Shown here: positions 39,673 through 49,709 of the stretch, one piece after another
Layout: every line of letters begins with the position of its first letter
Position numbering within the stretch: position 1 is the first letter of the stretch
IMG/VR virus record: IMGVR_UViG_2894787282_000001
Coordinates: 32,001-96,000 of that record
Strand: one strand, 5' to 3'
DNA length: 64,000 bases
Source of the DNA: a virus
Lineage: Duplodnaviria; Caudoviricetes
Program-made: the position numbers and the translations under genes
The notes under the pieces: model-generated
What the model was told of the DNA's origin: nothing
Seen by the model: the letters and a program-made list of their open reading frames with translations, nothing else
Databases searched by the model: none

Positions 39673-40053
39673 TCAACGCGGTGTGATTCGTTTGGGCTCT
39701 ACATCGGTGACCTCTGTCACGTCCGTCACCTCTGCATCCACCACGTTGTCAGGGCTCGGCGTTGCCCTGCCAGGCTGGCCAAAACCGCCTTGGTTAAAAC
39801 GCTGCCACATGGCCTGGCGATTCATCTGAAACGTCCATGGGCTCACCGGCTGGCCGGTTAACTTGGCCCACAACGCACGCAACAGCCAAAGGATCAGAAC
39901 CAGCAAACCTGCGGCCATCAAGCTGGCAAAAAACACCAGCCCCGCCAGCAGCAGTCCGACCCGCACAACAAAACCCAATAATTTCAACAACACGTCACTC
40001 AAAACATTGCTCCTTGTGAACCGTTCAAATGGGGCATCCATCCCCTTTTGCAA
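39673..40053 (-). CDS. Hypothetical membrane protein (host)
   Basis: Hydrophobic N-terminal half, VVDAEV tail; start uncertain. Confidence 0.6.
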   Translation of the reverse strand: MQKGMDAPFERFTRSNVLSDVLLKLLGFVVRVGLLLAGLVFFASLMAAGLLVLILWLLRALWAKLTGQPVSPWTFQMNRQAMWQRFNQGGFGQPGRATPSPDNVVDAEVTDVTEVTDVEPKRITPR

Positions 40054-40110
40054 GCCACTTTACCTCGCCGATGCAAGCCACCACACTCTGTGGCACAAGC
40101 GCTTTCTTCT

Positions 40111-42318
40111 TCAAAGCGACCCGGCAACGGCTTGTATCTGCCCGCCCACCCGGCGCAGCACCGCATACGGCGGCAAGCCTTTCAGCATACGTCTGCCATA
40201 CGGGGTGGACAGCAGGCGTTTGTCGTAACACACCACCCGCGCCAAATCGTCTTCGGTGCGGATGGCGCGCCCGGTCCACTGCAGCAGGCGAATGCCAGTG
40301 GCAGGCACCACCAGTTCAGAAAACGGATCGCGCCCTTCGCGCTTGAGCCACTCAGAACGGGCTTCCTCCACCGGGTCGGATGGGGAGGCAAAAGGCAGTT
40401 TGGTGATGAACACCGTCTCGCACAACTGGCCAGGCAAATCCAGCCCCTCGCCAAACGACTGCATGCCAAAAATCACGGAGGGCTGGCCCGCCTCCACCCG
40501 CGCCATGTGGGTGCCCAGCAGACGCGCACGCGACAACTGGCCTTGCACCAACACCATGCCCAACAGTGCAGCGTCCAGCGCATCCACCGCTGCCTTCATC
40601 TGCGCACGCGAGGTGAACAGCACCAATGCGCCGTGCGCGACCAAGCGCAAATCGGCCTGCAAGGTGGCGACCATCTCACGGGTGAAATTCTCCACCTGAC
40701 GTGGGTCGGCCACGGTGTCGACCACCAGTAACTGGCCCTGCTTGCGGTAATCAAACGGGCTGTCCACCGCCAGCGTGCTGACATGGTCGAGCCGATGCAG
40801 CCCGGTTTCTGCCAAAAAATAGTCAAAACTGCCACAACTGGTGAGAGAAGCCGAGGTGATCACCGCACCACGCACCTGACGCCACAGGTGGTGGCGCAGC
40901 AAGCTGCCAGGCACGATCGGGCAGGCATGGGCACTCAATGACACCAAGCCGCTGCTGGTGTCGGACTTGAGCCACTTGGCCATCGGCTGCGCGTCATGGG
41001 CCAGCAGCATCGCGCTGGTGCCCAACACGCTGTTGAGTTTGGGCGCCATCTGGCCCAGCTTGGCGTACTGCACCGAGTTTTGGGCAGCTTGTGTCGGGTC
41101 TTCTTTGGCGCGGGCTTTGAGTTCCGCCCCCAGGGCTTCAAGCACCTCCGACAAACCTTTGGCATGGCCCTGAATCAGAGACATCGGGTCCATAAAAGCT
41201 TCGGGTAGCACACCATCCGGAAAACGGTGCACGATGTCGTAGCTGTCGGTCACACCACGCAGCAAGTCCATGGCAATGCGGCCAGCGTCCAGCAGTGCGG
41301 TTTTGAGCTGCTGGGCCAAGGTGATCACATCTTGCTCGACCGCAACTCCCATTTTTTCAGCCACTTCGTGCAGGATTTTGGGCAGCTTGTCGAGCCAGCG
41401 CAGGCCGGTCAGGTCCATGGCGCCCGAGAACTGGTCCAGCGCCACCGCAGGCAGGTGGTGGCCTTCGTCAAACACCACCAGGCAGTTGTCGAGTTCGGGC
41501 AGCGCCTTCATACCCAGCGAGGCCAGCACCAGGTCGTGGTTGGCCACAATCACCTGGGCCTGTGCCAACAGCGTACGTGCGTTGTAGTAACTGCAATTGC
41601 GAAACAGCGGGCAGTGGCGTGCGGTGCAGGTGTGGCGCTCGGCGGCTACCGTGGACCAGTCGCGCGGGTCGGGCTGCTCGGCCAGGCTGTCGCGGTCACC
41701 ATCCCAACGGCCAGCGGCCAGCGCATTGGCCAGGGTGTCGTACAAGGCCATACGACGCTCTTCGGGATCTTGCCAGTCCTGGCCCTTGAGCTGTTTGGCA
41801 TACGCGGTTGGGGGCGGCGGCGCATCTTCATCCACGCCAAACAACTCGCTGCTGTCGTCCTCACCGGCTCCGGCCAGACGCTCCAGTTTGAGTTTGCAGA
41901 CATACCGACCCCGGCCCTTGGCCAATGCGTACACAAACGGGGTGTCCAACGCTGCGGCCAGCGCGGGCAGGTCTTTGGTCATGAGCTGCTCTTGCAGCGC
42001 CACCGTGGCGGTAGAGACCACCACCCGTGTCTTGCGTGCCAGCGCCAGCGCCACTGTGGTCGACAAATAAGCTGCCGATTTGCCAACACCGGTACCGGCC
42101 TGGATCACCGCAATGGCTTTTTCGGGGTCAGCGTGCTCACCGAGGGTGACGTTGTGCAAGGCGGTGGCAATGCGTTCTGCCATCTCGCGCTGGCCGGGAC
42201 GCGACCGGAACGCCGAAGTGCTGGCGACCATCCGGTCAAACGCGGCCAGCGACAGCGCTGCCAAGGGGTGGTCAGTCAAAGCGACGCCCACCCGCGCCCA
42301 CCGTGGTGGCTTCAACAA
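40111..42318 (-). CDS. dinG: ATP-dependent helicase DinG
   Basis: QAGTGVGKS, AKGRGRYVC (Fe-S cysteines), DEGHH, SF.EGLDLPG, Q..GR.IR. Confidence 0.92.
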   Translation of the reverse strand: MLKPPRWARVGVALTDHPLAALSLAAFDRMVASTSAFRSRPGQREMAERIATALHNVTLGEHADPEKAIAVIQAGTGVGKSAAYLSTTVALALARKTRVVVSTATVALQEQLMTKDLPALAAALDTPFVYALAKGRGRYVCKLKLERLAGAGEDDSSELFGVDEDAPPPPTAYAKQLKGQDWQDPEERRMALYDTLANALAAGRWDGDRDSLAEQPDPRDWSTVAAERHTCTARHCPLFRNCSYYNARTLLAQAQVIVANHDLVLASLGMKALPELDNCLVVFDEGHHLPAVALDQFSGAMDLTGLRWLDKLPKILHEVAEKMGVAVEQDVITLAQQLKTALLDAGRIAMDLLRGVTDSYDIVHRFPDGVLPEAFMDPMSLIQGHAKGLSEVLEALGAELKARAKEDPTQAAQNSVQYAKLGQMAPKLNSVLGTSAMLLAHDAQPMAKWLKSDTSSGLVSLSAHACPIVPGSLLRHHLWRQVRGAVITSASLTSCGSFDYFLAETGLHRLDHVSTLAVDSPFDYRKQGQLLVVDTVADPRQVENFTREMVATLQADLRLVAHGALVLFTSRAQMKAAVDALDAALLGMVLVQGQLSRARLLGTHMARVEAGQPSVIFGMQSFGEGLDLPGQLCETVFITKLPFASPSDPVEEARSEWLKREGRDPFSELVVPATGIRLLQWTGRAIRTEDDLARVVCYDKRLLSTPYGRRMLKGLPPYAVLRRVGGQIQAVAGSL

Positions 42319-42620
42319 ACAGCCACAGACAACGCGACATGGATATTTTTTTAATATAAATCATAGGCTTATGCCCAAACCAAGCATCTGGTTCAGGCGC
42401 CGATGATTGTATCTGGCAAGGCTTAACCCCCGTGATGCACGCCAAGACAGCTTTCACAGGTATGCCATCCAAGTCCCAAAACCAATGACCGGATCAATGC
42501 AAGGCGTGCAAACTCGCTACGCCACATAGGCAAACGGGGACCCGTGGCCCCCGTGTTGTCATGCTTTAGACAGACTTACCAAAAGTGTCCAACACCCTGG
42601 TGTTGACACTCGCACAACAT

Positions 42621-43823
42621 CTAAGCAGCCGCAAGCAGGTTCATCGCGTGTTTGGCAATCATCATTTCTTCGTTGGTCGGCACCACAAAGGTGGGAACGC
42701 GTGCATCTGTCGCCGAAATGTTGAATTGACGTGAAGAGTTGGCATCAGCATCCAACTTGACACCGAGCCACGCCAGACGTTGAGCAATCATGTTGCGAAT
42801 GTAGGGCGAGTTTTCTCCGATACCAGCCGTAAACACCAGAGCATCAAGCCCGCCCATGGAGGCAGCCATCGCAGCAACTTCCTTGGCTACGCGAAAACAG
42901 AACAGGTCAACAGCTTCTTTGGCGTGGGGATCGTCCGACTCCTCGAGCACCTTCATGTCATTGGACAGGCCGGATACACCGAGCAAACCCGAACGCCGAT
43001 ACAGCAGATCCTCGATGGCTTCCAGGTCCATCTTCTTCTCACGCATTAGGTAGAGCAGCACACCCGGATCAATGCTGCCCGAGCGGGTGCCCATCGGCAC
43101 ACCGTCCAGCGCCGTGAAGCCCATGGTGGTGTCCATGCTGCGGCCATCCTTGACTGCACACAGGCTGGATCCATTGCCCAAATGACAGATCACGATGTGG
43201 CCTGAGGCCAACTCCGGGCGCGTGGCCAGCAGTTGTTTGCTGACGTATTCGTAAGACAGGCCGTGAAAACCGTATTTGCATACACCCTCGTCGCTAAGTG
43301 CCCGTGGCAGTGCGTAGGTCTTAGCCTGCTTGGGTTGGGTGCTATGAAAAGCGGTGTCAAAACAAGCCACCTGATCCAGTTCAGGGTGATTGCGTGCCAG
43401 GATATGGATGGGTGCCAAATTGTGTGGCTGATGCAGCGGTGCCAGCGGAACCAGTTGCTCCAGATCGTTCAACAACGCAGGTGTGACCTTCATTGGCAGG
43501 CCCAGGAAGCGCCCGCCATGAACCACGCGATGGCCGGCGGCAACAATCTGATCGTCCACCAGGGTGCTACTGATCCAGTCCAGCAGATACTGGAGCATGA
43601 TGTCGCGGCTGTTCGAGTCGCTTTCGTTCCAGCTGTGTTTGGCCAAAACGCGGCGACTGGCGTCTTTGGCTTCAAAGGTGGCAAGGCTGCCAATTCCCGC
43701 AATCTGTCCAGACAGGATGGTTTGCAACTCTGTGGAGCCCGTCGCTTGGCGAAATACTGAAAACTTCAGGCTCGAAGAACCGGCGTTGAGAACCAGATAG
43801 GCTTTGTGCTTGGTCATGTTCAT
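42621..43823 (-). CDS. ackA: Acetate/propionate kinase
   Basis: LNAGSSSLKF, GHRVVHGG, FDTAFH, YGFHG.SY, HLGNG.S, FTAGIGEN. Confidence 0.93.
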   Translation of the reverse strand: MNMTKHKAYLVLNAGSSSLKFSVFRQATGSTELQTILSGQIAGIGSLATFEAKDASRRVLAKHSWNESDSNSRDIMLQYLLDWISSTLVDDQIVAAGHRVVHGGRFLGLPMKVTPALLNDLEQLVPLAPLHQPHNLAPIHILARNHPELDQVACFDTAFHSTQPKQAKTYALPRALSDEGVCKYGFHGLSYEYVSKQLLATRPELASGHIVICHLGNGSSLCAVKDGRSMDTTMGFTALDGVPMGTRSGSIDPGVLLYLMREKKMDLEAIEDLLYRRSGLLGVSGLSNDMKVLEESDDPHAKEAVDLFCFRVAKEVAAMAASMGGLDALVFTAGIGENSPYIRNMIAQRLAWLGVKLDADANSSRQFNISATDARVPTFVVPTNEEMMIAKHAMNLLAAA

Positions 43824-43910
43824 GTTTCACTGTGTAGGTTGAACAGCGCCCAATGGACATCAAGTCACTTCAGGCTGATGCAGAGAATATACGACAAAGT
43901 CTGCAATTTA

Positions 43911-43968
43911 TGAAACATCGTTTCAATAATTTGTGAAAATAGTCATCGTAAACAAAACAGTGTTTCAT
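43911..43968. promoter_or_regulatory. Two KdgR-like operators in the divergent ackA/uxaB region
   Basis: TGAAAC-ATC-GTTTCA (43911-43925) and AAAAC-AGT-GTTTCAT (43954-43968) match the GAAACNNNGTTTC KdgR box. Confidence 0.6.
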
Positions 43969-44165
43969 GTTTCTTGGATTTTGACCCGATTTGGTGTAGA
44001 GTCCGCGCCTGTCAAGCACACACAAGTGTGAATCGAGCGATCAAGCGCCTGCCCAGGGCAAGCCTAACCACCATTGGCCGCTTTGACGGCACATTCTGAC
44101 AAACACCTGAAGTGCGCTGCGCTCTTGGAGGCACGGCGGAATAAATGACCAGAAAGGATCAAGAC

Positions 44166-45662
44166 ATGTATGAACTGAACCGCCAGAGGCTTGCCGAAGG
44201 CAAACTGGGTGTTGAATCAACAGCCCCCTCGTCCCTGAAGCCCGTGCGCATCCTGCAAATTGGTGACGGCAACTTCCTGCGCGGCTTTGTCGACTGGATG
44301 GTCGATGTGACCAATGGTGCGGGCCTGATGAACGCCGAAGTGATCATGGCGCAACCCATCGACCGCGGTATCGCCGACCTGATGAAAGCCCAGGACCAGC
44401 TGTTCACGGTATTGTTGCGCGGTGTGCAAAATGGCCAACCGGTCCAGTCCAAACGCTTGGTGAGCTGTGTCAAAGACACCCTCAACCCCTACACCCAATG
44501 GGACGCCATGCTGGCCACTATGCAGGACCCGACTTTGCGTTTTGTCGTCTCCAACACCACCGAGGCCGGTATCGCTTATGTCCCTGAAGCCTTGTTCGAA
44601 GGCCAATGCCCGGCCAACTTCCCGGCCAAGGTGACGGCGCTGCTGCTGGCGCGTTTTAAAGCCTTTGGCGGCTCCGCTGAATCGGGCCTGGTGTTCCTGC
44701 CCGCTGAACTGATCGAAGCCAACGGCACCAAGCTCAAAAACTATGTGTTGCAATTTGCCGATGTCTGGAAGTTGCCCTCAGAGTTCGTCGCTTGGGTCAA
44801 AGAACACAACGTGTTCTGCAACACCCTGGTGGACCGCATCGTCCCGGGTTATCCTGCTGCCGAAGCCGAGGCGCTGTTCGCCGAGTTTGGCTACAAGGAT
44901 CCGCTGACGGTGGCGGCCGAGCCGTTCCTGCTGTGGGTCATCGAAGGGCCGGCCAAGATTGCCGACGAACTGCCTCTGCACAAGGCGGGCCTGGATGTGG
45001 TGTGGACAAAAGACTTGCAGCCCTACCGCACACGCAAGGTGCGCATTCTCAACGGCGCCCATACCGCCAGTTCTCTTGCGGCCTACTGCGCCGGGCTGGA
45101 CACGGTGCGCGAGATGACCGAAGACGCTGTGGTGTCCAAGTTCCTGAACAAGGTGATGTTCGAAGAAATTGTCCCCTTTGTGCCACTGCCAGAGGCCGAG
45201 CGCAAGGCTTATGCAGAAACCATTGTGGAGCGTTTTGCCAACCCACACATCCGCCATGAACTGATCTCGATTGCGCTGAATTCGGTCTCCAAGTGGCAGG
45301 TGCGGGTGTTGCCAACCATCAAGGATTACGCTGCCAAACACGGCAAAGCACCTGCCGGGCTCTCGTTTTCATTGGCTGCGCTGCTCACTTTTTACAAGGG
45401 ACAGTTCGCTGCGAACGGAGACTACGAGGGTCTGCGCCAGGGACAAAGTTATCCGATCAAAGACAACGCCGACATTCTGGTCATCATGCACGCTGCGTGG
45501 CATGGCGCCACGGACTTGAACCAAGTCGCATCAACGCTGCTGGCAGACGTCCGGCTGTGGGGCGAGGACCTGACCCAGGTTCCTGGCTTGGCCCAGCAGA
45601 CGGCCAGCGCTTTGATCCGGATCAAGGAGATCGGTATCAAGTCGGCCATGGGCGCGCTGTGA
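44166..45662 (+). CDS. uxaB: Tagaturonate reductase (altronate oxidoreductase)
   Basis: QIGDGNFLRGF, VSNTTEAGI, FPAK.T, NTLVDRIVPGYP, RKVRILNGAHT, ISIALNS.SK. Confidence 0.9.
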   Translation: MYELNRQRLAEGKLGVESTAPSSLKPVRILQIGDGNFLRGFVDWMVDVTNGAGLMNAEVIMAQPIDRGIADLMKAQDQLFTVLLRGVQNGQPVQSKRLVSCVKDTLNPYTQWDAMLATMQDPTLRFVVSNTTEAGIAYVPEALFEGQCPANFPAKVTALLLARFKAFGGSAESGLVFLPAELIEANGTKLKNYVLQFADVWKLPSEFVAWVKEHNVFCNTLVDRIVPGYPAAEAEALFAEFGYKDPLTVAAEPFLLWVIEGPAKIADELPLHKAGLDVVWTKDLQPYRTRKVRILNGAHTASSLAAYCAGLDTVREMTEDAVVSKFLNKVMFEEIVPFVPLPEAERKAYAETIVERFANPHIRHELISIALNSVSKWQVRVLPTIKDYAAKHGKAPAGLSFSLAALLTFYKGQFAANGDYEGLRQGQSYPIKDNADILVIMHAAWHGATDLNQVASTLLADVRLWGEDLTQVPGLAQQTASALIRIKEIGIKSAMGAL

Positions 45663-45885
45663 ACCCGTGAAGAAGGCAAAATACAGGGTCTTGTGCTTTA
45701 CATCAATAAGCTAACAGAAAACTGACTATCCACCATGACCACAGGCACGATCTGGCGCAAGTCGACCACCGATGGCACCAAGCGTGAACAGACTCCACCT
45801 GACTCGATGCTCCCTAGCGGAACATCGAGTGAACGTTAATGACTCACAGAGCGAGATTTTTAAAATGACTAAGGAATTGAAAAAA

Positions 45886-47304
45886 ATGCACCGTAACCGT
45901 AACGCCAAAATCGTCGCTACCCTCGGACCAGCCAGCGCTGACCGCGAAACCATTCAAGCCCTGTTTGAAGCTGGCGCCGACGTTTTCCGATTGAACTTCA
46001 GCCACGGCACACAAGAAGATCACAAACAACGCCTGGACACCATCCGCGCGATTGAACGCCATGCAGGCCGCCCGATTGGTGTGTTGCTTGATCTGCAAGG
46101 CCCCAAGTTGCGCCTGGGCACATTTGCCAAGGGCCCGATCATGCTGGCGGAAGGTGCGTCTTTCCGCCTGGACCTGAACACCGACAAACCCGGTGACCAA
46201 ACCCGGGCGCCGATGCCCCACCCTGAAATTTTTAATGCCTTGGAAGTTGGCACTGACTTGTTGGTCGACGACGGCCGGGTGCGTCTGCGTGTGGAGAGTT
46301 TTGGCCCCGACTTTGCAGAAACCCGCGTGATCGCCGGTGGTGCTGTGTCTGACCGCAAGGGTGTCAATGTGCCTGGCGTCGTTTTGCCGCTGTCGGCCCT
46401 GACCGAAAAAGACCGCTCAGACTTGGACTACGGACTGACACTGGGCATCGACTGGATCGCCTTGTCGTTTGTGCAACGGCCAGAAGACATTGTGGAGATC
46501 AAATCCATCGTCAAGGGGCGCGCACGTATTGTGGCCAAGCTTGAAAAACCGGCGGCCATCCTGAGCCTGGATGCCATCGTGGCGGAAACGGATGCTGTGA
46601 TGGTGGCGCGTGGTGATCTGGGTGTGGAAATGCCACCAGAACAAGTGCCAGCCATTCAAAAACGCATCGTCCGTGCCTGCCGCGAAGCCGGCAAACCAGT
46701 GATTGTGGCCACACAGATGCTCGAGTCGATGGTCACCGCACCGGTGCCCACCCGTGCCGAAGCCTCCGACGTGGCCACCGCGATTTACGACGGTGCTGAT
46801 GCCGTGATGTTGTCCGCCGAATCCGCCTCCGGTAAATACCCGGTCGAAGCTGTGTGCATGATGAACTCCATCATTGCGCAAACCGAAGCTGACCCCTACT
46901 ACCGTGAGGCGATCAAAGCCTCTCAGACCACCCACATCCCGGTGCCGTCTGATGCCATCGGTGTGGCGGTGCGCAGTGTGGCTGAGCTTTTGAATGTGGC
47001 GGCTGTTGTGGCCTACACCAGTTCAGGTTATTCCGCGCTGCGTATGGCTCGTGAACGCCCCCAAGCCCCCATCATCGGCATGACCCCACGCCGTGCCGTT
47101 GCACGTCAGCTGGCGCTGACCTGGGGCGTCTACCCCGTGCTGTGCCATGACGTTCAAGACGTGCTGGAGATGAGCGACTGGGCCTGCGAAACCGCCAAAA
47201 AAGAAGGTCTAGGCAAAACGGGCGACACCATCGTGGTGTCGGCTGGTGTTCCCTTCAACACCTCAGGCACCACCAATTTGATGCGTATCGCACAAATCGG
47301 CTGA
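45886..47304 (+). CDS. pyk: Pyruvate kinase
   Basis: KIVATLGPAS, RLNFSHG, MVARGDLGVE, ATQMLESM, DAVMLSAESA.G. Confidence 0.95.
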   Translation: MHRNRNAKIVATLGPASADRETIQALFEAGADVFRLNFSHGTQEDHKQRLDTIRAIERHAGRPIGVLLDLQGPKLRLGTFAKGPIMLAEGASFRLDLNTDKPGDQTRAPMPHPEIFNALEVGTDLLVDDGRVRLRVESFGPDFAETRVIAGGAVSDRKGVNVPGVVLPLSALTEKDRSDLDYGLTLGIDWIALSFVQRPEDIVEIKSIVKGRARIVAKLEKPAAILSLDAIVAETDAVMVARGDLGVEMPPEQVPAIQKRIVRACREAGKPVIVATQMLESMVTAPVPTRAEASDVATAIYDGADAVMLSAESASGKYPVEAVCMMNSIIAQTEADPYYREAIKASQTTHIPVPSDAIGVAVRSVAELLNVAAVVAYTSSGYSALRMARERPQAPIIGMTPRRAVARQLALTWGVYPVLCHDVQDVLEMSDWACETAKKEGLGKTGDTIVVSAGVPFNTSGTTNLMRIAQIG

Positions 47305-47318
47305 TAAAAGCTTGCGTC

Positions 47319-47360
47319 AACGCGCTTGTCCCGGCTTCGGGGCAAGCGCGTTTTTCTTTT
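47319..47360 (+). terminator. Rho-independent terminator after pyk
   Basis: AACGCGCTTGTCCC...GGGGCAAGCGCGTT followed by T tract. Confidence 0.75.
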
Positions 47361-47502
47361 TGTGCGTTACCCGGGCACCTTTGCAAAACGCACCACCAGA
47401 TCGGCAAGCAAGGCACGCCGCCCTTGCCTATTCTCTCAATCACAGCGTTGAAGTTCAGCAGGCAATCAGGCCACAGCAAATGCCTGCGCACTCAGATCCA
47501 GA

Positions 47503-47654
47503 TCAGCGGTTCACGGGAAGATAAGACGTGATATTGGCCAGCGCACGGTCAACATACAGCTCTTTTTCACCGACTGGGGCCACGTAAAACATCGCTTCCT
47601 TGGCTGCCTCCAGCCCCGCCAGGCGGGCAATGACCCAGGTTGCCAGGGGGGGGA
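47503..47654 (-). pseudogene. 3' remnant of a DJ-1/PfpI-like host gene cut by prophage 2
   Basis: Start-less frame LATWVIARLAGLEAAKEAMFYVAPVGEKELYVDRALANITSYLPVNR* abutting the phage junction. Confidence 0.55.
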
Positions 47655-47890
47655 TGTTTGAATTGATCCAGGGGAAAGGCGCCAGAAATACCGAAAAAGG
47701 CCTATTGAATCAATGATTTACGGGAAAGAGAGCAAAAACGCCAGGAACGTTTATTTTGATCCAGTCAGTGACCAAAATTCGACTGAAAGTGTTCATTAAA
47801 TGCCGATTAAATGCCTGGTGAAGTGCTAGAAAAATGCCCGAATATTGCTAAGAACAGACGATGGGCTTAAACTTCGACCAAGTCAGTGGA
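47655..47890. repeat. Putative transposable-phage end with transposase and IHF sites
   Basis: 5'-TG at 47655; TTGATCCAG at 47663 and 47756, related TTCGACCAAGTCAGTG at 47873; IHF-like AATCAATGATTTA at 47708; ATTAAATGCC twice. Confidence 0.5.
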
Positions 47891-47981
47891 CTGGAAATGC
47901 ACCAGCCAAAATCCGCGAAGGCGGCTTTATTATGAAGACGTAGCGCCCTTTCTGACCCAAGCCCACCCTGTGTGGGCTTTT

Positions 47982-49199
47982 TCATGGGTCTAGGGTTCCC
48001 AGCAGCAGATCGTAGGCATTCCGGTCTTGCAAGTTTGCGGCAGATGCACTTCCCAGAGAGATGACAGATGCAGACGTGCCAAATTTGGTGGGCTCGTTTA
48101 ACCGCAGTATGATTTTCGGTAGGGTCTTGTTAAAGCTACCTTGCGGTACAACGATCAGTGTATTTTTCTTCTTGTCCCAAAGCACCGCCCGGTAATTCCT
48201 GAAATGCTCTGGCAGGCTGTTGACCCACTCATCCGGCCAAGCCTGCAGGGATGATGCCTTGTGACCGCCAGCCAGATGGTTGGTCAAGCCGTCAAGCACT
48301 GAAACAGCCGTGGACTGAAGCTCAATAGCGGGCAGCTTTTCAGCCAACGCGTTGATCATGCCGCTGTCCATAAATCCAACGATTTGGGCCTGACCACTGC
48401 GCTGTTTAATCCCCGTTTTAAAGCCCTTGAAATTGTCGCTGAGCACCTTTTGAAAGGCGGGTGAAATCGTTTTGTCGACCAATGGTCCCTGCAATTGGCG
48501 CGGCAAAGCGGCCAGTTTTTTGCCCAAGGCCAGTTCCGGACTGATCCAGGCCTGTCCGACGTTGTGATCCCAGCCTGGGTCGATGCCGACAGGCACCCTG
48601 TCCTTGATTTCACCATCGCCTGTGATCACCTCACGGGTCTTGATCTCAAACGGGGCGGACTCGGACAGGTCTTTGTCTTTCATCTCGGCCTCTCCGTAGG
48701 CCCGCACCGTGCAGCGGCAGCCCCAGCCGTTGGGTGGAAAGTGGGTTTGCCAGAATGAATCCGACAGTGGATAAATCAAGCCGTTCCACATCTTGTGCAG
48801 CGGGCGCACGCGTGAGTCACCCGCTGTGCGGTATTGCAGATAGGGGCGCTGTGCCTGATTGGCAATCAGTTGCTTCCAGCGGCCCGCCATGTGCGCTGAT
48901 CGCATGTTGGTGTTGAAGATCACCGCTGACCTCCAGCCGCGCTTGCCCTTGTAGGTCCAGCCATGTTGCTGCACGATGCGGTCAAAGTCTTTTCGGAACT
49001 GGCTGAGGGTGCTGCCGTTGCTAAGTGCATCTGTCACGGCCACATGCATGTCGAGAACCAGGTCAGCGGATGTGGCACCAGCTATGGTGAACACCTTGCC
49101 ATGCACCGGCCCTGCCAGATCGTCCCACTTCAGGCTGACCTCGGGCAGCTTGCCCTTGAGATAGTCGATGGCTTCGGTGAACTTGACGCCATCAGCCAT
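47982..49199 (-). CDS. Mu gpF-like head morphogenesis protein with C-terminal extension
   Basis: IFNTNMRSA..AGRW, YRTAGD.RVRP.H, FW.THFPPNGWGCRC, GIDPGW.HN.G. Confidence 0.88.
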   Translation of the reverse strand: MADGVKFTEAIDYLKGKLPEVSLKWDDLAGPVHGKVFTIAGATSADLVLDMHVAVTDALSNGSTLSQFRKDFDRIVQQHGWTYKGKRGWRSAVIFNTNMRSAHMAGRWKQLIANQAQRPYLQYRTAGDSRVRPLHKMWNGLIYPLSDSFWQTHFPPNGWGCRCTVRAYGEAEMKDKDLSESAPFEIKTREVITGDGEIKDRVPVGIDPGWDHNVGQAWISPELALGKKLAALPRQLQGPLVDKTISPAFQKVLSDNFKGFKTGIKQRSGQAQIVGFMDSGMINALAEKLPAIELQSTAVSVLDGLTNHLAGGHKASSLQAWPDEWVNSLPEHFRNYRAVLWDKKKNTLIVVPQGSFNKTLPKIILRLNEPTKFGTSASVISLGSASAANLQDRNAYDLLLGTLDP

Positions 49200-49518
49200 T
49201 GAATACCTCCGGTCCATGCTGGATGGCGCTTTCCAGAACGACAGTAAAGCCCAGCATGCCAGCCAGCCAGCGCTCAATACGGGCACCGCGTGAACCGCGC
49301 CAGCCCGGCAGCAGAGCGACAACATCACATGTCACCAGCTGACGGATGGCCAAGCGCATGTAGCCGAGCCAGGTGCCGCATTTGGGGTCCGGGTTCTCAG
49401 CAGGGTTTTCAACCTCAAAGCCGAGCGCCCGCAAGCGCTGGGCGGCCGCGTTGAAGGCGGGATAGTTGAACTGGGGCAAACCGGTCATTGGGCCTGCGAT
49501 GTAAACGCGCTTTTTCAT
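49192..49518 (-). CDS. DUF4406 / nucleoside deoxyribosyltransferase-like protein
   Basis: VYIAGPMTG....NYPAF...NPA...YMR.A...L..CD...LLPGW..S.GA.IE. Confidence 0.8.
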   Translation of the reverse strand: MKKRVYIAGPMTGLPQFNYPAFNAAAQRLRALGFEVENPAENPDPKCGTWLGYMRLAIRQLVTCDVVALLPGWRGSRGARIERWLAGMLGFTVVLESAIQHGPEVFNG

Positions 49519-49523
49519 GCAGC

Positions 49524-49709
49524 CTATGCCTTTGCTGCCGCTTCAGCACCGACCAAGGCCAGCGCGAGTTGGCCGGTCACACCCGCACTTTCGACGGTTG
49601 CCCTGATCTGTTCAGCGATCTGTTTCACCTTCTCTTGGTCTGACGCGGGAAGATCAAAGATGACACCCTTGACCGCCAGCAGAACAGCGTCGTCGCTCGA
49701 ATTAGCCAT
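49524..49709 (-). CDS. Small hypothetical protein
   Basis: GAGG RBS; fills the gap in the operon. Confidence 0.5.
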   Translation of the reverse strand: MANSSDDAVLLAVKGVIFDLPASDQEKVKQIAEQIRATVESAGVTGQLALALVGAEAAAKA

